From: Chitinophagales bacterium
Lineage (GTDB): Bacteria > Bacteroidota > Bacteroidia > Chitinophagales > UBA2359
NCBI GenBank assembly: GCA_041392475.1
Contig: JAWKLZ010000003.1
Location: 853,067 to 917,066 of the forward strand
Length of the DNA stretch: 64,000 nt
Reading direction: 5' to 3'
The notes under the pieces are model-generated. The model saw only the letters and a program-made list of their open reading frames with translations. It was not told where the DNA came from and ran no database searches. Positions 20,177 to 30,887 of this stretch are shown here, piece after piece. The position numbers were made by a program, and so were the translations under genes. How positions within the stretch are numbered: position 1 is the stretch's first letter; every line of letters begins with the position of its first letter.

Positions 20177-21673
20177 TTAGTATATCAATAAACGCTGAGT
20201 GTAAGTTGTTTGACCATGAAAAGCAGCGATGTAAATTCCTTGTTGTAAGTAAGGCAAATTTACACTACGTTCTCCTTTTCCCACAGAAAAATCCACAATT
20301 TCTGAAAAACACACTTTGCCTGTCAAACTGTATATTTCGAACTTCATTTTTTGAGGTTCAGTAAGTTGATAATCTATCGCATAATTATCAGAACTTTTGA
20401 TCAACCTAACCCAATTTGGTTCATTTACCAAAACCGAATTGATTGAAGAAACAATATCTAAAGAAAAGGTATTTACAGCAGATGGAGGACTACAAAATGA
20501 AGTTTCATTCCATGCAAAAATCCGCCAATAATACGTCAAATTGGGTAGCCAATCATGTATGATAGAAACGGAGTTTTGTGTGACAACCTCTCCTTTAGGA
20601 TCTAAATTGAAGGCTGAAGAACGGTCATATTCCACATAATAGTACGCTGCATTTGCCACACTTTCCCATTCAAAAGCCACACTATTACTCGATATTTGTG
20701 TAGTACCTGAAGGAGTTGTCAACACAATCGGAAATGCCACCGCATCGTTGTTGGGAATAGAATTTGAGTGCAAATAGGCCCTCGATTCATCTTCCAAATC
20801 CAAAGACATGAGTACACTTTGTTCGGCAGAAAATTTTTGACGGCAGTTGTCATTGAAGTAGGACATAATTAAACTTTCATCAGGATTAACTGCAATGCTA
20901 TCAGGCGACAATGCCATTCCATCATAGTTACAAGATTGCTGCCAACCAATGCCGAAATTATAATCTGGAGCCGTATCACACAAAAAATCTCCCGCTATTT
21001 CACAGTTAGAACCATCCATGCGTTCGGTAGGAGTTTGTCCATCTGGTGAAATTATTGGGGCGGGATTTCCATGGATAGCAGGGTTCCAAGCCGAGCCATC
21101 CCATCCAAAATGAGGGTGTAACAAAGAGAAAAAATGCCCGATTTCATGGGCTGTAGTTTTATTACCTTCTGTAAAAACACTTCTTTGAACAAGCACCCAA
21201 TCCTTGTTCGCATCATATAAACCTACCACATTGCCGCCTCCAACTGAATTGACCACAAAAATATTCAAAGCCGAATCACGCCTTTCACTCTGCATCGCCA
21301 ATTGATTCACAACAAAATGACTGTTGGTGAAAATACCATCATGGTTGATAAAATTCAAGCCATTTGGAGTAAGGTAAAATGAGATATTGCTTGCTGCAAA
21401 CAATTCATTCAACTCACAAAGCACTGTTAGCGCTGTTTCTACTTTTGCTCGCCCCACACCGTTATTGCGTGCTACCAAATGGAATACAATTGGCACTTTG
21501 TGTTCAGCCATAGAAAGACTTGGCAAATTGGCATTTGGATTGTTTAAGTGTTTTAGATATTTGGGAAGCCACTGCAATTGATTTTCGTGGCTTACTCCAC
21601 AATTTTGTGAGAACACAGGTAACACTGAAAATAGGAAAACAAAAAGGGTAACTATTCTACAAATCATAGGCAT
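20177..21673 (-). CDS. metzincin-type zinc metalloprotease (M43 pappalysin/cytophagalysin-like) with FN3-like domain and T9SS C-terminal domain
   Basis: HEIGHFFSLLH (HExxHxxxxxH), signal peptide, C-terminal CTD ending QRLLIY. Confidence 0.6.
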   Translation of the reverse strand: MPMICRIVTLFVFLFSVLPVFSQNCGVSHENQLQWLPKYLKHLNNPNANLPSLSMAEHKVPIVFHLVARNNGVGRAKVETALTVLCELNELFAASNISFYLTPNGLNFINHDGIFTNSHFVVNQLAMQSERRDSALNIFVVNSVGGGNVVGLYDANKDWVLVQRSVFTEGNKTTAHEIGHFFSLLHPHFGWDGSAWNPAIHGNPAPIISPDGQTPTERMDGSNCEIAGDFLCDTAPDYNFGIGWQQSCNYDGMALSPDSIAVNPDESLIMSYFNDNCRQKFSAEQSVLMSLDLEDESRAYLHSNSIPNNDAVAFPIVLTTPSGTTQISSNSVAFEWESVANAAYYYVEYDRSSAFNLDPKGEVVTQNSVSIIHDWLPNLTYYWRIFAWNETSFCSPPSAVNTFSLDIVSSINSVLVNEPNWVRLIKSSDNYAIDYQLTEPQKMKFEIYSLTGKVCFSEIVDFSVGKGERSVNLPYLQQGIYIAAFHGQTTYTQRLLIY

Positions 21674-21827
21674 TTTTTGTAAGGGTTAAATGTAGTGAAT
21701 AATCAGATGATAGGCTAAGAACTGTTTGAGAATTGGGATTGGGCAATAATATAAAAAAATAATTTCATGCAGCGTTTTCTTCATCCACTCTTTTATAATA
21801 GCATAAAACAACAAAATAAATAAACGT

Positions 21828-23651
21828 ATGAAAAACATCCCACATTTTTCCTCAAAAAGAGTATTTGCCTTATTGTTTATGCTATCCTTAGTTACATTCT
21901 TTCATGCTTGTGTCAAAGACGAAGACATTGCAATTGAAACCACCTTGTTGCCTGATGCCAAAGAATTGATTCGCACTAATATTTTTGGATTGGTTGTGGA
22001 CGAAAACGATTTGCCAGTAGTCAATAGCGAAGTCTTTTTGCAAACCGACCAAGGTTTTGAAGTTACTACAACGGACGAAAATGGAAATTTCCTTTATTTA
22101 GATGTGCAAGTTGTGCGAGAGGGTGCATTTCTAAAAGTACGAGAAGCAGGGAAATTTGAAGGTTTTCGCAAAATGAATGTGACTCCAAACAGCTACAACT
22201 ACACCAAAATCAAACTCTTGGATAAAACCATCGTTGGTACAGTTGCTTCAACAACAGGTGGCTCAGTCAGTCATTCGAGTAGTGCCTCTTTGCAGCTACC
22301 TGCCAACAGTGTTCGCTACGAAAATGGCGGTGAATATACTGGAGAAGTACATGTAGCAATGTCATGGATAGACCCAACTGCCAGCGATTTACCCGCACGA
22401 ATGGTGGGAGATTTGAGTGGAATCGACATTCAAGGAACGGAAGTTTATTTAGGAACTTACGGAATGTTGAACGTTGAACTATTGGCGGACAATGGGAATG
22501 AATTGCAGCTAAAAGACGGAAGCCATGCCACGCTTTCTTTTCCCGTTCCTACCGAAATTCGCAGTCAAGCCCCATCCACGATTCCGCTTTGGTCTTATGA
22601 TGAGGACAAAGGCATTTGGATTGAAGAAGGAAGAGCTACTTTGCAAGGTGGATTTTATGTTGGTGATGTGGCGCATTTTAGCTCGTGGAATTGCGACTAC
22701 AAGGGCGAACGCATTAAATTGTCTGGTAAAGTTATTTCTCGCAATAATGCTGGTAGTGAAATAGTTGTGCCTTTTCTGCAAGTGTATGTCACTGTTGAAG
22801 GTATCTTGACTCGTGGCGGATTTTTGAGTAGCGATGGCGAGTTTGAGTTTTACAATTTTCCAGCCAATGAGGTATTCACCATTACCATCTTAGACCGATG
22901 CGACAATGTGATTTTTGAGCAACAATACGGGCCTTACTCCAATGATACCGATTTGGCAACAATTGTGGTTCAAGCCAATGACAATGATTTTGTGCTAGTG
23001 ACAGGTTCGGGAATTGACTGCAATGACAATGCGATAACAGAAGGATATGTTGATTTTGAGCTAGACGACCTTCACTTTGTTTATCCATTGGAGGCTGATG
23101 GCACCTTTGAGTTTTCGGTTAATGTTTGTGATGATACTTCAGGGGATATAAATGTGATTGACATTCCCAATTTTAAAGCAAGTCCAGTGCAAACCATAGA
23201 CCTCACAAGCAGTCCTGTAAATTCGGGCATTTTGCAGGCTTGTGATGAACTCCCTATGTTCTTTGAAATAAAAGTGAAGGGAGCAGCCTTCCACTTATTT
23301 TTGAATGTAGATGTGTTTTTTGGCAATCAAAATGGTCAAGTTGGAGGAGATATGATGTCTATCAGTGGAAATGAATTTGATGAAAATGTCAGCAGTTACT
23401 ATTATGCAAATATTAGTGCAGATATGGTGACAGGTGTGGGTACTTATAGCATTGTGAATGGATATTTTGGGGAAGAATCAACAGAAAGCTATGAACTTGT
23501 TCCTTCCATGACCACAATGGAAGTGACTCAATTTGGCGAGAATGTGGGAGATATTATTCGAGGTACATTCACTGGTCAAGCAATCAAGCAAATTACACCA
23601 AGTGGTCCGCAAGTGGCAGTAAGTGGGACTTTTAAAGCGGTTAGAAAATAA
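21828..23651 (+). CDS. large lipoprotein / secreted protein of unknown function
   Basis: Signal peptide followed by Cys (FFHAC). 607 aa, beta-rich composition, no catalytic motif recognised. Confidence 0.55.
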   Translation: MKNIPHFSSKRVFALLFMLSLVTFFHACVKDEDIAIETTLLPDAKELIRTNIFGLVVDENDLPVVNSEVFLQTDQGFEVTTTDENGNFLYLDVQVVREGAFLKVREAGKFEGFRKMNVTPNSYNYTKIKLLDKTIVGTVASTTGGSVSHSSSASLQLPANSVRYENGGEYTGEVHVAMSWIDPTASDLPARMVGDLSGIDIQGTEVYLGTYGMLNVELLADNGNELQLKDGSHATLSFPVPTEIRSQAPSTIPLWSYDEDKGIWIEEGRATLQGGFYVGDVAHFSSWNCDYKGERIKLSGKVISRNNAGSEIVVPFLQVYVTVEGILTRGGFLSSDGEFEFYNFPANEVFTITILDRCDNVIFEQQYGPYSNDTDLATIVVQANDNDFVLVTGSGIDCNDNAITEGYVDFELDDLHFVYPLEADGTFEFSVNVCDDTSGDINVIDIPNFKASPVQTIDLTSSPVNSGILQACDELPMFFEIKVKGAAFHLFLNVDVFFGNQNGQVGGDMMSISGNEFDENVSSYYYANISADMVTGVGTYSIVNGYFGEESTESYELVPSMTTMEVTQFGENVGDIIRGTFTGQAIKQITPSGPQVAVSGTFKAVRK

Positions 23652-23685
23652 TCATTTCTTATCATATATTGGTCTGTTTTTATTG

Positions 23686-23717
23686 AATGAGGGAGTACAA
23701 CACTCCCTCATTTTTTT
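23686..23717 (+). terminator. rho-independent terminator
   Basis: tgagggagt / acaac / actccctca followed by TTTTTTT, directly after the 21828..23651 stop. Confidence 0.7.
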
Positions 23718-23796
23718 GTTTTAACAAGGATGAAAATTTTGATTTGCAGAACTTTTGTACTTCAATGGGTGTAGTCAAAGTTAAAAACTGCTTCAA

Positions 23797-24555
23797 ATGA
23801 CCATTACGATTATAGGCGCAGGCAATGTCGGCTTTCATTTGGCAAATGCTTTGCAGCAAACCCCTCACCAAATACTTCAATTGTTCAGCAGAAACGACCA
23901 ACGCTTCGAAGCGTTTTCCACCGCTTTAGCCGAAAAAGGTGTGACGGATTGGAATGAAATCAACACACAATCAGATATTTACATCATTGCAGTAAACGAC
24001 CAAGCCATTGAAGAAGTAAGCCTTCAATTGCAGCAAATTGGGGTGAAAGGTATTGTAGTACATACTTCTGGAGCTACTTCTATACAGGTTTTGAAGCAAC
24101 ATGCTGAATATGGCATTTTTTATCCCCTTCAAACTTTCAGTCAATCCAAAATAGTGGATTGGTCATCTATTCCTTTTTGTATAGATGGAAATACGGAAAG
24201 GGTGAAACTCAGGCTTTCGGAACTTGCCCAAACCCTTTCTCCGACAATGCATTTGATGAATGACGAGCAGCGACAAGCCCTGCACGTTGCAGCGGTATTT
24301 GTCAATAATTTCACGAATCATCTCTTGACTTTGGGTGAGCAAATCTGTCAAGATTTTGGTGTCCCTTTTGATGTATTGCAGCCTTTGATTCGGGCTACTT
24401 TTGAAAAAGTTCAATCAATATCTCCAAAAATTGCTCAAACAGGCCCTGCAATAAGAGGTGATAAAGCTACTCAACAGAAGCATTTAGCATTGCTTCAAAA
24501 CCATCCCGATAGGCAATTGTTATACCGTTTGATTTCTGAAAGTATTGCGAAATAA
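23797..24555 (+). CDS. Rossmann-fold NAD(P)-binding protein (DUF2520 / ProC-like family)
   Basis: N-terminal IIGAGNVG dinucleotide-binding motif. About 250 aa, as in Bacteroidetes DUF2520 proteins. Confidence 0.5.
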   Translation: MTITIIGAGNVGFHLANALQQTPHQILQLFSRNDQRFEAFSTALAEKGVTDWNEINTQSDIYIIAVNDQAIEEVSLQLQQIGVKGIVVHTSGATSIQVLKQHAEYGIFYPLQTFSQSKIVDWSSIPFCIDGNTERVKLRLSELAQTLSPTMHLMNDEQRQALHVAAVFVNNFTNHLLTLGEQICQDFGVPFDVLQPLIRATFEKVQSISPKIAQTGPAIRGDKATQQKHLALLQNHPDRQLLYRLISESIAK

Positions 24556-24610
24556 TCCATTGATATTTCGTACTTTTGGGCTTCAATTTATTGAAAGATA
24601 AAATAGAATT

Positions 24611-24949
24611 ATGTATAAAATAACTGTTAAGTTTGAAGAGTCAGATAAAGAAACTCAAGTAATTGAAGTGGAACCTGATTATTCGATTTTGGAAGGTGTG
24701 TTGATGAATGATATAGATTTGCACCACAATTGTGGAGGTGTTTGTGCTTGCACAACTTGCCATATTTATTTGACCAAAGGAGACGATTTTGTGGAGGAAA
24801 TAAGCGATAAGGAAGAAGACTATGTAGATAGGGCCATTCAGCCACGATTGGAGTCTCGCTTGGGTTGTCAGTGTATATTGTTAGAAGGAAGTGGTGAAAT
24901 TGAAATTACGATTCCTGACCAAAGAAATATTATTGGACACGAACATTAA
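24611..24949 (+). CDS. fdx: ISC-type [2Fe-2S] ferredoxin (Fdx-like)
   Basis: CGGVCACTTCH ... LGCQC cysteine pattern and a C-terminal IPDQRNIIGHEH tail, as in E. coli Fdx. Confidence 0.8.
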   Translation: MYKITVKFEESDKETQVIEVEPDYSILEGVLMNDIDLHHNCGGVCACTTCHIYLTKGDDFVEEISDKEEDYVDRAIQPRLESRLGCQCILLEGSGEIEITIPDQRNIIGHEH

Positions 24950-25049
24950 AAATATCTAATATCAAACTTTAATGTATCATTCAACTCTATTATTCACTTA
25001 TAGAATAACGGAAGTTGAAAAATCAAAAAACAAATAAAATAATAGCAAT

Positions 25050-25298
25050 ATGAGATTCGAAGATGTAGATAATTTACCGATTTTTTGGAAAGACCATGAG
25101 GATATTGCAATGAAACTGTATGAGCGTTTCGGAGATGAGTTTACACAAAGCAATATTTATCGAATACGCTTTACGGAGTTGATAGAATGGGTTTTAGAAA
25201 TTCCAAATTTTGAAGGAGAAAGAGAGGATTGTAGTGAAGGGCATTTGGAGCAGATACAGGCAGCATGGGTGTATGAATGGCGAGAGGAAAATAAATAG
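25050..25298 (+). CDS. iscX: IscX (YfhJ)-like Fe-S assembly accessory protein
   Basis: 82 aa and acidic. W.D...I...LY...RFT.....W...L..F...E..LE.I...W..E aligns by eye with E. coli IscX. It lies directly after fdx, as in the isc operon. Confidence 0.55.
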   Translation: MRFEDVDNLPIFWKDHEDIAMKLYERFGDEFTQSNIYRIRFTELIEWVLEIPNFEGEREDCSEGHLEQIQAAWVYEWREENK

Positions 25299-25337
25299 TA
25301 AGATGATTAGTGAGTTATTTCCAATACAAATTTCATT

Positions 25338-25835
25338 ATGAATCTTTTGGCGAATTTTCGAGGGATTGACACCCTTATTTTTGATGTAGATGGGGTATTT
25401 ACGAACAGCAATTTGTTGATTACCGAATCAGGTGAACTGCTGCGAACCATGAACACCCGTGATGGCTATGCAGTGAAACGTGCTTTGGATGCGGGTTTGA
25501 GGATTGCCATCATCACAGGCGGTAATTCCAAAGGCGTGACCAGTCGTTTGAAGGGTTTGGGAGTCGTAGATATTTATGCAGGTATTCAGCACAAAATAGA
25601 TGCTTTTGATGAGTTTATTTTGACCTACGACCTTCAAAAATCTCAAATTTTGTATATGGGTGATGACCTTCCCGATCAGGAAGTTATGCTACAAGTGGCG
25701 ATGCCTGTTTGTCCTGCCGATGCTGTTCCTGAAATTAAGAAGGCGAGCAAATATGTTTCTCCATTGAAGGGGGGAGAAGGGTGTGTGAGGGATGTGATTG
25801 AAAAAATATTGAAGTTGAGAGGACAGTGGGACTGA
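25338..25835 (+). CDS. kdsC: 3-deoxy-D-manno-octulosonate 8-phosphate phosphatase (KdsC, HAD family)
   Basis: LIFDVDGVFT, ITGG, GDDLPD motifs. Length 165 aa. Confidence 0.8.
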   Translation: MNLLANFRGIDTLIFDVDGVFTNSNLLITESGELLRTMNTRDGYAVKRALDAGLRIAIITGGNSKGVTSRLKGLGVVDIYAGIQHKIDAFDEFILTYDLQKSQILYMGDDLPDQEVMLQVAMPVCPADAVPEIKKASKYVSPLKGGEGCVRDVIEKILKLRGQWD

Positions 25836-26534
25836 GGCAATGACCCGTCCTGAAAAAAGTTTACAGTTAAAAAATATGTACCGAAATAGATTTATGGTCA
25901 AAAAAGCGTCCTAAATAAGGTTGACACTTCAAAAAACCGTCCTAAAATAAGCTTACCCTAAGCTACAAAAAACCAAGTCAGATGAAGCGGAATGTAGTTC
26001 TGCTGGGGAGCAACTACACAGGAATAACCTGGCTTAGACAAGTACGTTCTGAATTAAACTAATTTTCAAAATTCTCGCTGTTATTTTTTCTACCATCTTT
26101 CTGAATTGAAGCAAGGGCAGATTACAAAAATGGCGAAACTATTTTGAGTTATTATACTAAAATTAGTGACGATTTCTCTGACAGTTTTATCAAATATTAA
26201 CTGCAAATTTCTCCGAATACTGCCAATGAGTCAGTTGGGTTAAAAAGAGAGTCAAGAACTACAAAAATAATAAAAAAGAAAAAACTGGAGTTTCGTAAGA
26301 AATTTGTCAAGGGAGATATGACTTCAAAAGTTTTGAAGAAAAAATGCTTATTCTTTGATTGTTTGTCAATTAGGTAGGCATTTAGGCTGTTTTAATAATC
26401 AAGCAAAGAAAAACTATGTTTGTTCAAAAATTATTTGCGATAGATGGAAGGTGCTAAAATTAATTTTTGTTAATTTGTAGGCTATTGATAACAGTATTTG
26501 ACATTACTATTGGCACAGTCATTGACTTTTATTC

Positions 26535-28961
26535 TTGATTCTGAAAAAACAACTAACATATATGTTTGAAAAGTTCAATCCATTGAGACTACTAAATGAA
26601 GATGTGGAATTTTTACCCTTGGTATCCATTGAAGAAGATGAAGAAGCGCAAGTTGCAGATTATCCCAAAACCATCCCAATACTTCCCCTACGAAATACAG
26701 TATTGTTCCCCGGTGTAGTAGTTCCAGTGACTGTTGGGCGAGATAAATCGGTGAAAGCGATAAAAGAAGCCGCAGCAGGAGATAAGTTTATTGGAGTGAT
26801 TGCTCAGAAAATGTCTCAAGATGATGAACCAGAAGGCAAAGACCTGCACTTAGTGGGTACGATTGCTCGGATTGTGAAAGTATTGAAAATGCCCGATGAC
26901 CATACAACGGTTATTTTGCATGGTAGAGATAGATTTGCAGTGCAAGAATTTCTTATGGAAGAACCTTTTATTGAAGCGACTTTTGAAATCTTAGAGGATT
27001 CAGATACGCCTGATGACAAAGAGTTTGAAGCCTTAATATCTTCGGTTAGAGATATGGCTTCAAAAATTATCAAAATATCCCCTAACCTTCCTTCGGAGAT
27101 TACCATCATGTTGAAGAACATCGACAATCCCGAATTTCTCATTTACTTCGTTTCCTCCAATCTCAATATAGACCTAGAAGAAAAGCAAAAACTTCTCGAA
27201 ATCAATGATATTACCAAACGAGCCGAAAGGGTTTTGCACCACCTACATACAGAACTTCAATTGTTGGAGTTGAAAAACAAAATCCAATCCAAAGTCAACC
27301 ACAATCTCGAAAAACAACAGCGAGATTACTTTCTACACCAACAAATCAAAACCATTCAAGAAGAATTGGGGGGTGAAACTCCAACTTCCGAACTTGAAAG
27401 CTACAAACTGAGGGCAAAATTGAAGCAATGGCCCGAAAAAGTACAGAAGGTTTTTGACAAAGAGATACACAAAATCCAACGAATGAACCCTGCTGTGGGG
27501 GAATATTCAATGTCGCTCAACTACTTAGATTTGTTGTTGGATTTGCCTTGGATGGATTCTTCAAAGGATGACTTCAATCTGAAACGTGCTGCAAAAATTC
27601 TCGAAAGAGATCACTACGGTTTGGGTAAAGTTAAAAACCGAATTTTGGAATATTTAGCGGTTTTGAAGCTCAAAGGAGACATGAAATCACCCATCTTATG
27701 TTTTGTAGGCCCTCCAGGTGTGGGTAAAACCTCACTTGGGCGTTCCATTGCTAATTCACTGAAACGCAAATATGTACGCATGTCTTTGGGAGGTGTGCAT
27801 GATGAATCAGAAATCAGAGGACATCGGCGAACCTATATCGGTTCAATGCCTGGCCGCATCATTCAGGGCATCAAAAAATCGGAAACTAACAACCCCGTTT
27901 TTATCTTAGATGAGATAGATAAAGTGGGGCAAGGACATAGAGGTGATCCATCTTCGGCCTTGTTGGAGGTCTTAGATCCTGAGCAAAACGGTACTTTTCA
28001 CGATAACTATTTGGAGGTCGAATACGATTTGTCGAAAGTGATGTTCATTGCAACAGCCAACTCTCTTTCTACAATTCAGCCTGCCTTGCGTGACCGTATG
28101 GAAATTGTACAAATCAGCGGTTATTCGATGGAAGAAAAAGTGGAAATTGCTCGCAAGCACTTGGTCTCCAAACAGCGTGAAGTTCATGGTTTGAAGGCCG
28201 ATCAAGTGAAAATCTCCAAAAACATCCTCGAACGTATCATCAACAAATATACCCGTGAATCGGGTGTACGAGAGTTGGAGCGCAAAATTGCTTCGGTCAT
28301 GCGAGCGATTGCGAAATCGGTGGCAATGGAGGAGGAATACAATGTGCGGGTCAGTTTAGCGGATGTAGAGCGTATTTTGGGAAAATATACTTATGAGCGT
28401 GGGTTGTATGAAAGTGACAATCCTGCGGGTGTAGCGATTGGTTTGGCGTGGACTTCGGTAGGCGGTGAAATTTTGTTCATCGAAACGAGCTTGAGCAAAG
28501 GTAAAGGCAAGTTATTGCTAACAGGAAATTTGGGGGATGTAATGAAGGAATCGGTGTCAACGGCTTTGAGCTACTTGAAAGCGCATGGCAGCAAGTTGGG
28601 CATTGACCCCGAACGTTTTGACGAAACGGACTTCCACATCCATGTTCCCGAAGGCGCAACACCTAAGGATGGGCCTTCGGCTGGTGTTGCTATGCTCTCG
28701 GCTTTGGCTTCTGCGTTCACTGGCCGAAAAATCAGACCTTATACCGCAATGACAGGGGAGATTACCCTACGTGGCAAGGTGCTTCCTGTGGGTGGCATCA
28801 AGGAGAAAATCTTGGCTGCCAAACGTGCGGGTATCAAGCATGTGATGCTCTGCAAAATGAACCAAAAGGACGTGGAAGAAATCAATCCTGACTTTATCAA
28901 AGGGGTAGAATTTAAGTACGTAGAGAGGATGTCGGAGGTATTGGAGTGGATTTTGATGTAG
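26535..28961 (+). CDS. lon: ATP-dependent Lon protease
   Basis: LON N-domain, Walker [10 protein letters not shown], protease Ser motif DGPSAGVAM. Length 808 aa. Confidence 0.97.
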   Translation: MILKKQLTYMFEKFNPLRLLNEDVEFLPLVSIEEDEEAQVADYPKTIPILPLRNTVLFPGVVVPVTVGRDKSVKAIKEAAAGDKFIGVIAQKMSQDDEPEGKDLHLVGTIARIVKVLKMPDDHTTVILHGRDRFAVQEFLMEEPFIEATFEILEDSDTPDDKEFEALISSVRDMASKIIKISPNLPSEITIMLKNIDNPEFLIYFVSSNLNIDLEEKQKLLEINDITKRAERVLHHLHTELQLLELKNKIQSKVNHNLEKQQRDYFLHQQIKTIQEELGGETPTSELESYKLRAKLKQWPEKVQKVFDKEIHKIQRMNPAVGEYSMSLNYLDLLLDLPWMDSSKDDFNLKRAAKILERDHYGLGKVKNRILEYLAVLKLKGDMKSPILCFVGPPGVGKTSLGRSIANSLKRKYVRMSLGGVHDESEIRGHRRTYIGSMPGRIIQGIKKSETNNPVFILDEIDKVGQGHRGDPSSALLEVLDPEQNGTFHDNYLEVEYDLSKVMFIATANSLSTIQPALRDRMEIVQISGYSMEEKVEIARKHLVSKQREVHGLKADQVKISKNILERIINKYTRESGVRELERKIASVMRAIAKSVAMEEEYNVRVSLADVERILGKYTYERGLYESDNPAGVAIGLAWTSVGGEILFIETSLSKGKGKLLLTGNLGDVMKESVSTALSYLKAHGSKLGIDPERFDETDFHIHVPEGATPKDGPSAGVAMLSALASAFTGRKIRPYTAMTGEITLRGKVLPVGGIKEKILAAKRAGIKHVMLCKMNQKDVEEINPDFIKGVEFKYVERMSEVLEWILM

Positions 28962-28993
28962 CACACTTCGATAGGCTAAAACTTTAACAATAG

Positions 28994-29647
28994 TTGAAAC
29001 TGATTGAATACAAGAGTACTATGAAAAAAGGCTGTTTGTTGTTAATAGTTTTCGTTCTGTTGATTGGGTGTGAAACTATCAAAATGGATAGAGATATTGG
29101 AGCTTACGGAGAGATTCAAAGTGTTTTTAATCAAGCCGAAATCAATGACCTCAGAATAATATTGAATTTCTTTGATGATGTTGTCTGTAAGTCTGAGAAT
29201 GTAGAAAAAAGTAATGTATTGGAAGCCTACGAGAAATACTTCAAGAGAATGGATGAAACTTCTACAGACATGAATGTTGATATTCGAATAGATGGTCAAA
29301 GACAACAAAACTTATTTCAAAAAATTGGTTCTCCCACATTCAATCAAATTTGGACAAAAAGCCTTCAAAATAGTAAAAAATCAGTCGCATTTGAAGCAAT
29401 AGAATTGAATTCTAAGGGAAAATATCTCAAATTCTTGCATGAGTTTGGAAAGAACAAACCGTGGGTAAATGCCTATTACGAAAAATTTAACTTGTCTTTA
29501 AGTTTATCTCCTTCAATGATTTGGGATATATTGCGTCACCATGAAAAATTTGATATGACTGATGAAAGAACAAAGTTGGTAATTGCCATACATTATCTAT
29601 CCTTGAATGAGTTACAAAAAAATATACAGAAATGGCAGCGGATTTAG
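28994..29647 (+). CDS. hypothetical lipoprotein
   Basis: LLIGCETIK lipobox-like signal. The true start is possibly at MKKGCLL (29021). Confidence 0.5.
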   Translation: MKLIEYKSTMKKGCLLLIVFVLLIGCETIKMDRDIGAYGEIQSVFNQAEINDLRIILNFFDDVVCKSENVEKSNVLEAYEKYFKRMDETSTDMNVDIRIDGQRQQNLFQKIGSPTFNQIWTKSLQNSKKSVAFEAIELNSKGKYLKFLHEFGKNKPWVNAYYEKFNLSLSLSPSMIWDILRHHEKFDMTDERTKLVIAIHYLSLNELQKNIQKWQRI

Positions 29648-30164
29648 AGACCCGAACTAACTGAAGATGCCGAAGAAGTTTGAAAGTTATGGTTAAACTC
29701 TGGATTTAATGAGGAAAAACCTTTAACTGTTGACTTTGAGTTTTATTCAGGAAATAAAATAGCTGTGGAAAAAATTTGTACTTAGTTTAAGAGAGCAATC
29801 ATGTGATGTGATAGTCAATACAAAAAGAATGTGGATATTTTTGAAAGGATAGGAAATAAAAGCTTCAATGAAACATACTTGGACTCTCGACGAATTACAA
29901 ACGATGATAAAATATTTTGGTACTTTAACAAGCGAATTTGATTTATTGATATAGGGTAGTGGAGCATTGATTAACCAAGATTGAAAATGACCTACCTACA
30001 AAAAATCCCACATTTAAGTTCCAAACATTACCATAATTCAAAATTTATTCGTTTTTTTGGGTAATCGGGAACTAATGAGCATTATTTTGATGTATTGATA
30101 CTATACAAAGAATACTGCAAATTATTCTTAGTCAAAGTTTTGTTATGTAAACTTACCCATCCCT

Positions 30165-30809
30165 ATGACCCAATTACTGCAAGAAGCTTTCTGGGCTTCC
30201 AATATTCCCATGACCATTTTATTAATTATTATGTTGCTGTATGCACTGCTGACCATTGCAGGAGCGATAGACATGGATTCATTAGATATTGATATGGACG
30301 GAGATGTGGATATAGACACAGATGTTGATATTTCTGGAGGAATAGGTGGATTTAGTGGTTTTTTATCCTTCTTAAATGTAGGCAAAATACCTTTGATGAT
30401 ACACCTCTTTTTCTTGATTTCGATTATGTGGTTGATTTCGATGGTCGTCAATGGCAACTTGAACAATCAATCTTTGGGAATGGGATTGCTTTTCCTTTTT
30501 CCCAACTTCTTTGTCAGTTTGATTCTCACCAAAATCGTCACAACTCCTTTTATTTCTTACTTCAAAGAACTCCGAAAAAAGCATGTAGATGCCGATTTGA
30601 TTGGAGAATTGTGTAAAATTACTGTTCGAACTACACAGACGAGTTTTGGACAAGCCACAATTTTTACCAAAGAAAATATCTATTTGACTATCAATGTGAA
30701 AGCCATTGAAGGGCAAGATTTACAGAAAGGAACACAGGCGATTTTGATAGACAAAGTGGAAGAAAAAGGTTACTATATCGTCAAGAGGTTTGAAGAAAGT
30801 ACCTTGTGA
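30165..30809 (+). CDS. NfeD-family membrane protein (YqiJ-like) with C-terminal OB-fold
   Basis: N-terminal TM helices, an acidic DMDxDxD stretch, more TM helices, then a C-terminal beta-rich soluble domain. It lies upstream of a flotillin gene. Confidence 0.6.
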   Translation: MTQLLQEAFWASNIPMTILLIIMLLYALLTIAGAIDMDSLDIDMDGDVDIDTDVDISGGIGGFSGFLSFLNVGKIPLMIHLFFLISIMWLISMVVNGNLNNQSLGMGLLFLFPNFFVSLILTKIVTTPFISYFKELRKKHVDADLIGELCKITVRTTQTSFGQATIFTKENIYLTINVKAIEGQDLQKGTQAILIDKVEEKGYYIVKRFEESTL

Positions 30810-30887
30810 AATAACTGAAAACCCAAAACTTCCCATGTCTGTATTGAAAACGAAAAACATTTTTTTATTCTATAAAACCTAATCACT

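Noticed and set aside
29648-30164. Short ORF fragments (for example MKHTWTLDELQTMIKYFGTLTSEFDLLI) in the 517-bp gap before the NfeD gene
   Set aside because: Too short and motif-free to call. They could be debris of a degraded gene, but I cannot support that from sequence alone.
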